64,000 nt of DNA from a bacterium (GCA_027371855.1 DAHXLB010000011.1:7459-71458); one strand, 5' to 3'; positions 21,141 to 31,437 are shown, counted from the stretch's first letter. A program made the numbers and translations. The notes: generated by a model from the letters alone, not told the origin.

Positions 21141-21260
21141 TTATTTAGAACAGTCGCAAGATCTAGAGCCTGACTCTTTATTACATTTTGTATTATTGCA
21201 AGTTTCTTTTTTGCAATTACAATTATCACAATTACATTTGGATTCAGATCCTTTATCCAT
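21141..21260 (-). CDS. 39-aa cysteine-rich metallothionein-like peptide
   Basis: Manual translation MDKGSESKCNCDNCNCKKETCNNTKCNKESGSRSCDCSK; 8 Cys, three CxC motifs, no aromatic residues. Confidence 0.7.
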   Translation of the reverse strand: MDKGSESKCNCDNCNCKKETCNNTKCNKESGSRSCDCSK

Positions 21261-21340
21261 GATTTTTAAAAATAAATAATTAAGTAATATAGATTATATA
21301 TGAATATGTATTATATTTCCATATATCTTATATAAATAAT

Positions 21341-21895
21341 TTAATAATCAATACCCCTTTTTGCAAGTTTACCTGAGTTAAATGCATGTTTAATTTCCTT
21401 CATCTCTGTTACAGTATCAGCAAGTTCTATAATTTTAGGATTTACATAATTTCCAGTTAGTATAAGATCTAGATTCTTGTTTTTAATTTTGATTATATCA
21501 ATTACATCTTCTACACTAATGAGTTTTCCATGTACTGCATAATTTATCTCATCAAGTACTACAATATCATTTTTACTATTTTTAACTTCAATTTTAGCTT
21601 TTTCTATTGCCTCTTTTGCAGCATTCACATGATCAATTAGGGGCAGTTTATCATCTATTATTCCAACAAATCCTTTACCTAATGATAGAAGTTCAAAGTT
21701 AGGATTAAGTCTTTTAAAACTTTCTTTTTCTCCATAGAACCAAGATCCTTTTATAAATTGGATCATCACACCATGAAGATTATATCCACAGGCTCTAAGG
21801 AGTATGCCTAATGCAGCAGTAGTCTTTCCTTTTCCCCCTCCAGTATTTACTACTATCAATCCATTCTCTTTTCTTGGACCTAGATCCATTGTCAT
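21341..21895 (-). CDS. cobO: cob(I)yrinic acid a,c-diamide adenosyltransferase
   Basis: TGGGKGKTTAALG, QFIKG, VLDEI, LILTG, KHAF..G..A.RGIDY; start 21895 overlaps nrdJ stop (ATGA). Confidence 0.93.
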   Translation of the reverse strand: MTMDLGPRKENGLIVVNTGGGKGKTTAALGILLRACGYNLHGVMIQFIKGSWFYGEKESFKRLNPNFELLSLGKGFVGIIDDKLPLIDHVNAAKEAIEKAKIEVKNSKNDIVVLDEINYAVHGKLISVEDVIDIIKIKNKNLDLILTGNYVNPKIIELADTVTEMKEIKHAFNSGKLAKRGIDY

Positions 21896-24138
21896 ACTGA
21901 ACAGTACGAATACCCACAGTATGCACAAGTTGCACAACCCTCTTTCATCTCCATTTGTTCTCCACATTCAGGGCAATCAATTTTAGTTATTTTTGATAGT
22001 GATTCTTTTTTATGAGGGTCCTGTTTTTTCTCTATTAAGTTTAATACTTGCACTTCTCTTGATCCATCCCTATATACAGTGCATCCTTTACATCCTAGTT
22101 CCCATGCAAGAAGATATCCGGCTATAACATCTTGTTGTGTAGCGTTGTTTGGAAAGTTTATTGTTTTTGATATAGCATTGTCAGTATGTTTTTGAAAAGC
22201 TGCCTGCATTCTTATGTGATCTTCTGCAGATATATCCATTGCTACAACAAATACATCTCTAATGTCTTTTGGAATTTCTTTAATATTTTGTATAGAGCCA
22301 GTCTCTGATATTTTTTCAATCAGTTCCTCAGAATACAGTCCTCTTTCTTTGAGGATATTTTCAAGATGTTTATTAGTGTAGTAAAGATTTTGCCCACCCA
22401 TTACCTGTTTATAATAAGATAATGCAAAATATGGTTCTACTCCAGATGATACATCAAACATCATCGATATTGATCCTGTTGGAGCAACAGTAGTTAAGGC
22501 AGCATTCCTCATTTTCTTCCCACTCCCTTTGTATATTGAAAGATCATAATTCTCGAATACACCTTTCTCTTTTGCAAGCTGTTTTGACATTTCATGTGCC
22601 TCTGTATTTATTATTTTCATCACCTCTTCTGCTGTATCACGACCCTTTTTAGAGTTATACTGTACCCCCATAAGATATAGCATATCTGCAAACCCCATTA
22701 TTCCTAATCCTAATCTTCTATTTTTTCTAAAAACGTTATTTACTCTATCTACATGAAAGTCCGAGATGTCTATTACATTATCAAGTAGTCTTGTAGCACT
22801 TCTTGTAACTTTTTTTAATTTTTCAACATCAATCTTTTTATCATTGGATCCAGATCCATTAGTTACAAATTTTTCAAGGTTAATTGATCCTAGATTACAA
22901 ACATCTCCATCATGTAGAAATTGTTCACCGCAAGGGTTACAAGCCTCTATTCTACCAAGTTTAGGTACAGGGTTTGTTCTATTTACCTCATCAAGAAATA
23001 CAACTCCAGGTTCTCCGTTATTCCATGCTGCAGAAACTATTTCTTGAAATAACTCTCTGGCAGTTATAGAAGTCTCTTTGATATCAGTTACTATGTGGCT
23101 GTTATCTCTTGTAATAGTTCTTGGTTTCATTTTTATACCACCAAATTGGCACATCCATGGTTTTTTAGAATTATTTTTTACTTCTCTCATAAATTCATCT
23201 GTTATTCCAACAGATATGTTAAAATTTCTTATTTCTCCTTCAATTGCCTTACAATGTATGAAATCTAGAATATCTGGATGATCAACTGACATTACTGCCA
23301 TATTTGCTCCATGCCTTCCCTGTTGTTTAATAATACCAAAAGCTTCATTATATACTCTTAAAAAACTTACTGGGCCAGAAGATACACCTTTTGTTCTTAT
23401 TGTTCTTGATCCAGCAGGACGCAATAAATGGAATGGGAATCCTAATCCAGATCCTAGTTGCTGTAGCAAAGCAGCATCCTTTAACGTTTGAAAAATACCT
23501 TCCATGCTATCTTGTGGGTGCAATACTATACAGTTTGCTACAAGAGCAGTATCAGATCCAGCATTAGTAACAGTTCTTCCAGCAGGTGTAAATTCAAAAT
23601 TACTCATTATAGAATAGAAATCTTCTTTTATCTCTTCTATTTCTTTTTTGGAGTTAGCTCCTTTACTTTTTTTATATTTTTTTTCAACGTTAGCTAGTGC
23701 ATCAGCAACCCTTAGAAACATATCTTCTGGTGTCTCAACTATCTTTCCAGTTTTTGCATCTCTTTTAAGATATCTTCCAGCAATAACTCTTAAGGAATTT
23801 TCTGATAAAGGGAGATTTGTTGTAAAACCTTCCATAATCTCCTGTTGTCTTTCTCGAGCCTTATTATGCTCTTCTCTATATAGGATGTATGCTTTTGCAG
23901 CTTTTGCATGATTTTTTGCAATAAGCGCTATCTCTACTATGTCTTGAATATCTTCTACATCAGGGGTTTTTGATTTATATTTTTCTCCCAAAATTTGGAT
24001 TACAATATCGCTAACTTCTCTAGCTTCCTCTCTATCGAAATCTCTAGTTGCTTCTCCTGCCTTAAATACAGCGTTTACAATCTTTTTCTCATCAAAATCC
24101 ACTATAGAGCCGTTACGTTTTTTGATTTTTGTAACCAT
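21892..24138 (-). CDS. nrdJ: adenosylcobalamin-dependent (class II) ribonucleotide reductase with ATP cone
   Basis: N-terminal KKRNG ATP cone, ANC, NPCGEQ, VAPTGSIS, C-terminal Cys cluster. Confidence 0.93.
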   Translation of the reverse strand: MVTKIKKRNGSIVDFDEKKIVNAVFKAGEATRDFDREEAREVSDIVIQILGEKYKSKTPDVEDIQDIVEIALIAKNHAKAAKAYILYREEHNKARERQQEIMEGFTTNLPLSENSLRVIAGRYLKRDAKTGKIVETPEDMFLRVADALANVEKKYKKSKGANSKKEIEEIKEDFYSIMSNFEFTPAGRTVTNAGSDTALVANCIVLHPQDSMEGIFQTLKDAALLQQLGSGLGFPFHLLRPAGSRTIRTKGVSSGPVSFLRVYNEAFGIIKQQGRHGANMAVMSVDHPDILDFIHCKAIEGEIRNFNISVGITDEFMREVKNNSKKPWMCQFGGIKMKPRTITRDNSHIVTDIKETSITARELFQEIVSAAWNNGEPGVVFLDEVNRTNPVPKLGRIEACNPCGEQFLHDGDVCNLGSINLEKFVTNGSGSNDKKIDVEKLKKVTRSATRLLDNVIDISDFHVDRVNNVFRKNRRLGLGIMGFADMLYLMGVQYNSKKGRDTAEEVMKIINTEAHEMSKQLAKEKGVFENYDLSIYKGSGKKMRNAALTTVAPTGSISMMFDVSSGVEPYFALSYYKQVMGGQNLYYTNKHLENILKERGLYSEELIEKISETGSIQNIKEIPKDIRDVFVVAMDISAEDHIRMQAAFQKHTDNAISKTINFPNNATQQDVIAGYLLAWELGCKGCTVYRDGSREVQVLNLIEKKQDPHKKESLSKITKIDCPECGEQMEMKEGCATCAYCGYSYCSV

Positions 24139-24229
24139 AATGAGTTGGGACTAAAATTATATCTTTATATCTACTCCGAGTGTAAAATGTGAGCTAAAAA
24201 ATGTCAACAAACCTGAATTTAGACTACAG

Positions 24230-24478
24230 CTATAGTAATGGATCATCCCCACCTTTGGAAAAGGGATTACAACGCAATATTCTGTATGCACCCTTCAATC
24301 CTCCTTTGATGACGCCATATTTTTCTATAGCCTCATATGTATACTCTGAGCATGATGGATTATATCTACAATATCCCTGAGGCCAGCCTCCTTGAGGATA
24401 TTTTTTAGAGAATATTCCATGATCAGGAGAGAGAGTCTTTTGATATAACCTTATTAGTTTTAACGCGTATTTTTTCAT
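24230..24478 (-). CDS. yidD: membrane protein insertion efficiency factor
   Basis: [25 protein letters not shown]. Confidence 0.93.
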   Translation of the reverse strand: MKKYALKLIRLYQKTLSPDHGIFSKKYPQGGWPQGYCRYNPSCSEYTYEAIEKYGVIKGGLKGAYRILRCNPFSKGGDDPLL

Positions 24479-24495
24479 CTATATATTCTAAAGTT

Positions 24496-25737
24496 TTATA
24501 AGAATATTAAAATTGAGGCTGTTACCATTATTATAACAGATAAAATACCAAAAAAATTATCAAATAAATTATTTTGCAAATGCCCCATTACCCTTTTCTT
24601 ATTAGCTATGATAAGTATTAATATCACTATTATAGGGGTTAAAATTCCATCGAGTACTTGAGAGTAAAATAAAGCAGATATTGGTTGTATTTTAAATATT
24701 GTAAATATAAATCCTGCAAGAAGAGATAATATAATGATATAGTAAAATAATTTTGCATCTTTAAATCTATGTGATAAGAATCCATGTTTTTTTGTTAACT
24801 CTGTAACAGCATATGCTGATGATATTGAAAGCACTGGTATTGCAATTAATCCTGCAGAGATTATTCCTACAGCAAAAAGCTGTCCTGCAAATATTCCGGC
24901 CAAAGGTTTTAGAACTTGTGCTGTTGCAATAGCTGGATATTGAGCATTAAGAATATTGATGTGATGTTTATATAGTGTTGCTCCTGCTGCTGTCATTATA
25001 AAAAGTGTAACAACTTGAGAGAATATGAAACCGTATGTTATAAAACCTCTTTCTTTCTTTGCAAATGATAATGGTCTATGCTCCTCTACTTCTTCCTTCT
25101 GTTGCCAAAATAACAAATATGGAGATATAGTTGTTCCTAAAATTCCAGTAGCTACGAGGGCATATGCTTTATTTGAAAAAAGACTTCCTATATCAGGGAT
25201 AAATGTGCCCTTCAGAACACTTAACCAATTTGGTCCAGCAATTATTGCAACAAAAATATATGAGACAAATACTAAGGACCCTATGATCATAAATTTTGCT
25301 ATCTTATCATAACTTTTGAAAATAATTATGTATGTAAGAAAAATAAATAAAGGAATTAGAATGTACTGGTATCCAACAGTACTATTTGTAAAAAACATTG
25401 TGATTGATGCTGAAGTTGCAAGCATATCTGCACCGATTGTAAATGTATTACATATGAGTAAAATTAGAAGTATTATATAGACAGCTACAATTCCAAATTC
25501 ATTCTTAATAACTTCATTTAGTCCTTCCTTTGTTATCACGCCTATTCTTGCTACCATCCCTTGTACGGCAATAAGCATTGGTATTGAGAGTAACATTATC
25601 CAATTTTGTGAATATCCAAATTGAGATCCTGAGATAGAGTAAGTAGATACTCCGGCTGGGTCGTTGTCTGCAGCACCCGTTATTATACCAGGCCTAACTT
25701 CCTTAATATAATTTGCTAATTTTTTATGTATTTTCAT
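24496..25737 (-). CDS. NRAMP-family divalent metal transporter
   Basis: PGIITGAADNDPAG, GTTISPY. Confidence 0.9.
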   Translation of the reverse strand: MKIHKKLANYIKEVRPGIITGAADNDPAGVSTYSISGSQFGYSQNWIMLLSIPMLIAVQGMVARIGVITKEGLNEVIKNEFGIVAVYIILLILLICNTFTIGADMLATSASITMFFTNSTVGYQYILIPLFIFLTYIIIFKSYDKIAKFMIIGSLVFVSYIFVAIIAGPNWLSVLKGTFIPDIGSLFSNKAYALVATGILGTTISPYLLFWQQKEEVEEHRPLSFAKKERGFITYGFIFSQVVTLFIMTAAGATLYKHHINILNAQYPAIATAQVLKPLAGIFAGQLFAVGIISAGLIAIPVLSISSAYAVTELTKKHGFLSHRFKDAKLFYYIIILSLLAGFIFTIFKIQPISALFYSQVLDGILTPIIVILILIIANKKRVMGHLQNNLFDNFFGILSVIIMVTASILIFL

Positions 25738-26277
25738 TTATTTTGAAGGTGTTACTAATTTAGATGATATCTTTATTTTTTTTAAATCTGCACCTATAAA
25801 TGGAGATAATATTTTTGTATCCTCTTTTGCTATAATGCCACCCAAGTATGACTTTTTTATAGTATTTTGTATAGTTGTTTCCCCTCTATATATATTTATA
25901 TTCATTATTAAGAATATAATAAAACTAACAAGAATTATACCTTCAATCAGAGACAAACCTGCACCAAGATATTTATTCATTTTAGCTTTATTTAGTTTTT
26001 TTGGTATGAACTTTTTATATATTATTGGTGATAAAAAATGTGACACTATAAGAAGTATTACAAATACGACTAGAATTCCTATAGGTTTTTCTACTGATGG
26101 AGGGATTTTAAAATAATGTTTTACAATATCATCTCCTAGAAAGTATAGTTTAAAAGAGATAATATATGTAATAATAAGACCAATAAATCCAGTAATAATT
26201 TTTATTAAGCCTTCAGAATATCCTCTCTGGATATAAATCATGAACACTACTATAATTATGATGGTTGTTAAATCCAT
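25738..26277 (-). CDS. CvpA (colicin V production) family membrane protein
   Basis: MD..II, RGYSEGLI, NKYLGA pattern. Confidence 0.75.
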   Translation of the reverse strand: MDLTTIIIIVVFMIYIQRGYSEGLIKIITGFIGLIITYIISFKLYFLGDDIVKHYFKIPPSVEKPIGILVVFVILLIVSHFLSPIIYKKFIPKKLNKAKMNKYLGAGLSLIEGIILVSFIIFLIMNINIYRGETTIQNTIKKSYLGGIIAKEDTKILSPFIGADLKKIKISSKLVTPSK

Positions 26278-26455
26278 ACCTTATATATTAACAGTTTTAC
26301 TATAACTTTCAATGCTTGGATCTGGATCCTTGGAAAACATATCATAAGATTAATAAATATTTAATGTTATTTTAATAATATACAGCTATAAGTATTCCGG
26401 AATTAATATCATTTAGGTTTATACACTAGATAGATTATTTTAATATTATAAAATT

Positions 26456-27724
26456 ATGGATGATACAAAAATAGTTACGCCTAAAACTGTAGCAACTACA
26501 CCTAAAACTTTGGAATATATATCAAAATCTGAGTTCAGGAGAACTATGTCTTTTGTTGTTGTGTTTACATTGGTTTTTGCAACTTTATTTGGAGGAATTT
26601 TAGGTTTTTTAGGTTCTCAATTATACAATAGTAATATTAATAGTACTATTGCAGGAACTTCATCAGGTATTGTACAGAATTTACCTGTTGTGAACCAGGA
26701 TTCTGCTGTAGTCAGCGTAGTAAAAAAGACTAACCCTGCAGTAGTAAGTATAGTCATCTCACAATATGTATCAAATAATAGTAATAATATATTTGGTAAT
26801 TTCTTTGGAGTCCCATCATCTGGATCTGGGTCCTCTGGACCAAGTTCTGGTAGTACAAAACAAACAGTAGGAGAAGGATCTGGTTTTATTGTGCAGTCCA
26901 ATGGGTACATATTAACTAATAAGCATGTAATTGTTAGCCCAACTGATTCATATACAGTAGTTATGAATAATGGTAAGAGTTACCCAGCTAAAGTTGTAGG
27001 TACTGATCCAACTAATGATCTTGCAATAGTTAAAATTAACGCAACTAATTTACCTATACTTTCTTTAGGTAACTCATCGAGTTTACAACTTGGAAGTGCT
27101 GTTGTTGCTATAGGGAATGCACTTGGTCAATACCAGAATACTATTGATACAGGGGTTATATCTGGGTTGTCAAGAAGTGTTCAAGCTCAGGACCCAGTTA
27201 CTGGTGCAGTAGAAAATCTTACAGGAATGATTCAAACTGATGCAGAGATTAATTCTGGTAATTCAGGGGGGCCTTTATTAAATCTTGCAGGTCAGGTTAT
27301 TGGTATTAATACTGCAGTGGCATCTACAGCACATGGAATTGGATTTGCCATACCAATAAATCAAGCCAAATCAGACATACTTTCGGTATTAAAGAATGGG
27401 AAAATCATAAAACCTGAACTTGGAGTGGATTATGAATTAATAACTCCTGCAATACAGCAATCTCAGCACCTTAAATATTCTTATGGAGCCTATTTAGTTG
27501 GAAGCTCAGGGAACCCTGCAGTACTTTCTAATACTCCCGCATCAAGAGCTGGACTTAAGAGTCATGATATTATTCTTGAAGTTAACGGAGTTAAAGTTAC
27601 TGAATCAAATTCTCTAGGATACCTTATAGGTCTGCATCAATTAAATTCTACTGTTACGCTTAAAGTGTATCAGGATGGGAAGGTTCAGGATATTAGTGTT
27701 ACTTTAAATAAAGCTTTTAGCTAG
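26456..27724 (+). CDS. htrA: HtrA/DegP serine protease with PDZ domain
   Basis: TNKHV, DLA, IQTDAEINSGNSGGPL; N-terminal TM. Confidence 0.95.
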   Translation: MDDTKIVTPKTVATTPKTLEYISKSEFRRTMSFVVVFTLVFATLFGGILGFLGSQLYNSNINSTIAGTSSGIVQNLPVVNQDSAVVSVVKKTNPAVVSIVISQYVSNNSNNIFGNFFGVPSSGSGSSGPSSGSTKQTVGEGSGFIVQSNGYILTNKHVIVSPTDSYTVVMNNGKSYPAKVVGTDPTNDLAIVKINATNLPILSLGNSSSLQLGSAVVAIGNALGQYQNTIDTGVISGLSRSVQAQDPVTGAVENLTGMIQTDAEINSGNSGGPLLNLAGQVIGINTAVASTAHGIGFAIPINQAKSDILSVLKNGKIIKPELGVDYELITPAIQQSQHLKYSYGAYLVGSSGNPAVLSNTPASRAGLKSHDIILEVNGVKVTESNSLGYLIGLHQLNSTVTLKVYQDGKVQDISVTLNKAFS

Positions 27725-27755
27725 GATCAAGATCCTAATATAAAGTACAAACAAT

Positions 27756-28442
27756 ATGAATAATACAAATAAAATATTAGTAGTTGAAGATGAAAGGAAA
27801 ATTGCTAGTTTTATAAAAAGAGGATTAGTTGAGGCTGAGTACGAAGTTGATGTAGCATCTAATGGTACTGATGCCTTAAAAATGGTTCAAGAAGAGGAAA
27901 AAGGTTATACATTAATACTTTTAGATTTAATGTTGCCTGATATGGATGGATTTGATATATGTGCTAAAATAAGGGCTGATGGAGAGCAAACACCAATACT
28001 TATTCTGACTGCACGTAATTCTACAGAAGATAAGATAAAAGGACTTAATATTGGGGCTGATGATTATTTAACTAAACCTTTTGCAATAGGAGAACTTGTG
28101 GCAAGAATAAAGGCATTACTTAGAAGAGGTCCTTCAGCAGTTGATGGTATTTTAAAAATAGGAAACCTGACTTTAAATACAAAAACATATGAAGTATATA
28201 GAGGTGATAAAAGTATAGAATTATCACAAAAAGAGTTTGCTATCTTAGAATATATGATGAGAAATGAAGGTATAGTCTTAACAAGAACAATGATTGAAGA
28301 TCATGCTTGGGATTATGAATTTGATAGTTTCTCTAATGTAGTTGATGTGTATATAAGGCTTTTGAGAAAAAAAATAGATGATGGACATAAAAATAAAATT
28401 ATTAGAACCGTTAGAGGCGTGGGTTATAAAGTTAAGACATAA
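27756..28442 (+). CDS. OmpR-family response regulator
   Basis: VVEDE, LDLMLP, GADDYLTKPF, TVRGVGY. Confidence 0.96.
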   Translation: MNNTNKILVVEDERKIASFIKRGLVEAEYEVDVASNGTDALKMVQEEEKGYTLILLDLMLPDMDGFDICAKIRADGEQTPILILTARNSTEDKIKGLNIGADDYLTKPFAIGELVARIKALLRRGPSAVDGILKIGNLTLNTKTYEVYRGDKSIELSQKEFAILEYMMRNEGIVLTRTMIEDHAWDYEFDSFSNVVDVYIRLLRKKIDDGHKNKIIRTVRGVGYKVKT

Positions 28443-29826
28443 CCCTATATTCTTATCCCTAAAATTCAAATTTCTCTTTTGGAATCTTTTGGTCTCACTA
28501 CTAACAATGGTGATAATACTAATAGTATTTTTTGAGACTACTAGTTATGCACTCTACTCCCAATTTGACTCTAATATTATATATAACGCACATGAAGTTG
28601 CTAATGTAGTAAATCACTCAAGTGGTCTGTCTTCTAGTAAAATAGTTAGATTTTATGATAAAAACCTTATTGGGTATTTTGTCGTTATACTTAATTCTAA
28701 TGGTAATATTGTTGAAGAATCTAATAAGTATAACTTGAATAGTAAATTTATACAGCAAGTATTTTCTGCAGTAGAAAAAAAATCTGTATCTTCAGTATTT
28801 ACACAACAAATTGGAGGTTCCGAAGTTAGGATGGTTTCTCTACCAGTATTTACTAATGGGCAACTTGATGGGGTCGTTATTGTTGGAAACTCATTTGATG
28901 TAATTAAAGAGGCTTTAAATAGACTTTTTGATGTAATGATTATGGTTGCTTTGATCTTTATTCTTCTTATATTTATTATAACTTACTATTTATCTGAAAA
29001 GGTCACACAGCCGCTATATGAAATAACATCACAAATTGTGGCAATAACAGGGTTTAATTTAAAACAAAGATTAGAAACTGAAGGTTATGAACTTGAATTC
29101 AAAGCTATGGCAGAAGAATTTAATAAACTTTTTGATAGATTAGAAGATACATTTGAAAGGGAAAGAGTTTTTATAAATGATGTAGCACATGAGATTAAAA
29201 CACCTCTTGCGATAATGAATGGGGAAACAGAACTCGCACTGAGGAAAAAACAAAGTTTGGATCAGTATGAAAAGATATTGAAAGCCAATTTATATGAAAA
29301 TACTAGAATAGCAAAGGTTATTAATGATGTTTTATCGTTGGCTAGATTAGAATATCAAACATCAATGTCAAAAAATACCAGATTTGATCTTTTGGGTGTA
29401 ACTAATGCAATAGCAGAAGATCTAAAAATACTTTCTGATGCCAAAAAATTAAGTTTTGAATACACAGTAAAAGGCAAAAATTTCTATATGTTTGGAAGCA
29501 AAGAAACTATAAGAAAATCGTTATATAATATATGCACTAATGCTTTAAAATATACAAAAAAAGGCTCTATAAAAATAATACTATATAAAAGATTAAAAAG
29601 AATATATATAGTTGTTGAAGACACTGGTGTTGGGATAGAAAGTAAGGATATAGATAAAATATTTAATAGGTTTTATAGAGGAAAGAATACAAAAAGTTTT
29701 GATGGATCTGGTTTAGGGTTGTCTTTAGCTAAATCAATTATTGAGAAAAATAAAGGTACAATATTAGTTGAAAGTACTGTTTTAAAAGGAACTAAGTTTG
29801 AAATTTCATTCCCAGAGTTTAAATGA
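28378..29826 (+). CDS. sensor histidine kinase (HAMP/HisKA/HATPase); start uncertain
   Basis: AHEIKTPL, NALKYT, DTGVGI, GSGLGLS; two TM segments. Confidence 0.93.
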   Translation: MMDIKIKLLEPLEAWVIKLRHNPIFLSLKFKFLFWNLLVSLLTMVIILIVFFETTSYALYSQFDSNIIYNAHEVANVVNHSSGLSSSKIVRFYDKNLIGYFVVILNSNGNIVEESNKYNLNSKFIQQVFSAVEKKSVSSVFTQQIGGSEVRMVSLPVFTNGQLDGVVIVGNSFDVIKEALNRLFDVMIMVALIFILLIFIITYYLSEKVTQPLYEITSQIVAITGFNLKQRLETEGYELEFKAMAEEFNKLFDRLEDTFERERVFINDVAHEIKTPLAIMNGETELALRKKQSLDQYEKILKANLYENTRIAKVINDVLSLARLEYQTSMSKNTRFDLLGVTNAIAEDLKILSDAKKLSFEYTVKGKNFYMFGSKETIRKSLYNICTNALKYTKKGSIKIILYKRLKRIYIVVEDTGVGIESKDIDKIFNRFYRGKNTKSFDGSGLGLSLAKSIIEKNKGTILVESTVLKGTKFEISFPEFK

Positions 29827-29972
29827 TGAAATTTTACTATAAATCAAGCATATGAGTATTTTATTTGATCATAATATTGCCTTTACTACAACTTAAAATA
29901 CCCTATATATATTTTTATGTTTACATAATACATCTCTTTATGTATAATAATTTAGATCTGCCTTAATTTAAT

Positions 29973-31370
29973 TTGATTATCTTAATGTTTGATATTGATG
30001 ATGTGGTTAGACCTCGGATATGGGGTTTTGATTTTAAAACTAAACTAAATATATTTGTTCAACTTCGTAACTCATTAATCACATACCTTGATGATAGGTC
30101 TGATCTTATCTCTTATTATATACAAAAATCAGATAAAACCTTAATAAAAATTAACTTCATAAAGGTTAACCTATTACAAAAATTCTACTTTGAAAGAGGA
30201 TCTTTATATAAACCTTTCTTAATGTTTTCAGTTTTATCTATATTTGTTTTTTCGTTCTTCATGTTTTTTATGATGAATGTAAATAATGTTAAAAATAAAA
30301 GTGTGGGTGTTACAAAAGCTTATGCTATAAAAGCAAATCTTCAAAATAGCATTCTATCTGATGTAAGTTCTCAAGCTCCAGAAAGTAATTTAACTAAATC
30401 AAGTGTAAAATCCAATAATTATGCTTTGATAAATCTATATACAGTACAAAAAGGAGATACACTTCAATCTATAGCAACAAAATTTAATACGTCTTCAAGC
30501 GTTATACAATGGTCAAATAATCTTCAAATAGGATCAGTAACTGTGGGTGAGAAGCTTAATATAGTACCTGTTCCAGGGAGTACTTATACTGTACAATCTG
30601 GTGATACCCTGCAGTCTATATCAACGAAGTTTAATATACCTCCAAGTAGTATTGAGAGTTGGAATACTTTAAGTTCTGCTACAACATTATCAGTGACTCC
30701 AGGTAAAGTCATATTTATTCCTAGCCAAACATTGTCTCCTACTATTGCTGCACCATCAAATGTTAATAATATTGCCCAAAATAACCCAAATACCCCTAAT
30801 GATACAACAAATTCAGGACAATCTACTGCACTCCCAGCAGCTTCAACTACTGATACACAGCTAGCTCAGATTTCAAGTAATGTATCTTCTAAACAGCATA
30901 TAGTAGCAACTCCACAGGGTTACTATTATAATCAAGGAGACCCTGCGTGGGCTAATATAGGTGTAGGCTACAGTGGATATACAATCGGTGAGGTTGGATG
31001 CTTAATAACAGCTGTAGCAATGGATGCAAAATATTATGGTTATAACATAACACCAGCTACAATAGCAGAAAATCCAGCTAATTTTGAAGGACCTTTGTTT
31101 AACTGGAATGGTCTTGGAATATTCAACGTTACTCCCCTTGGAAGCTTATTTGGAGGTTATGTAAACTGGGCAGGGATAAACGCCCAATTAAATGAAGAAC
31201 ATCCTGTAGTTGTATCTGTTGGCTATGGATACCACTATGTGTTATTAACTCAGGTTCTCTCTAACGGAGAGTATTTGATGAATGACCCTGCCTTAGGGCC
31301 GAATTTGATTTTTAACCAACACTACTCTATATCATCAGTAACTCAAGCTGTATTGTTCACTCCTAATTAA
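29973..31370 (+). CDS. LysM x2 plus C39-like cysteine peptidase, membrane anchored
   Basis: YTVQKGDTL and YTVQSGDTL; YYNQGDPAW...GCLITAVAM, HYV, NDP; start uncertain. Confidence 0.85.
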   Translation: MIILMFDIDDVVRPRIWGFDFKTKLNIFVQLRNSLITYLDDRSDLISYYIQKSDKTLIKINFIKVNLLQKFYFERGSLYKPFLMFSVLSIFVFSFFMFFMMNVNNVKNKSVGVTKAYAIKANLQNSILSDVSSQAPESNLTKSSVKSNNYALINLYTVQKGDTLQSIATKFNTSSSVIQWSNNLQIGSVTVGEKLNIVPVPGSTYTVQSGDTLQSISTKFNIPPSSIESWNTLSSATTLSVTPGKVIFIPSQTLSPTIAAPSNVNNIAQNNPNTPNDTTNSGQSTALPAASTTDTQLAQISSNVSSKQHIVATPQGYYYNQGDPAWANIGVGYSGYTIGEVGCLITAVAMDAKYYGYNITPATIAENPANFEGPLFNWNGLGIFNVTPLGSLFGGYVNWAGINAQLNEEHPVVVSVGYGYHYVLLTQVLSNGEYLMNDPALGPNLIFNQHYSISSVTQAVLFTPN

Positions 31371-31437
31371 ATTACAATATTATTGTTATAGTATTGCACA
31401 TATAGTATAATCCTATATTATATTTATTAGTGTTTTT

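Noticed and set aside
21896..21967. Long N-terminal extensions given by the ORF track for cobO (also GH57 50087-50191, tmk 36366-36401)
   Set aside because: They overlap upstream genes; homology begins at downstream ATGs that abut the previous stop
23440..23456. GATCC-type matches in conserved codons (LGSGLG of NrdJ, GSGPAG of TrxB at ~56570, GSGLG of the kinase at ~29703)
   Set aside because: Explained by conserved protein motifs; not counted as insertions, although codon choice might be biased toward the motif
21892..24138. Intein or group I intron in nrdJ or thyX
   Set aside because: Continuous ORFs of ordinary length with no splice-junction motifs seen
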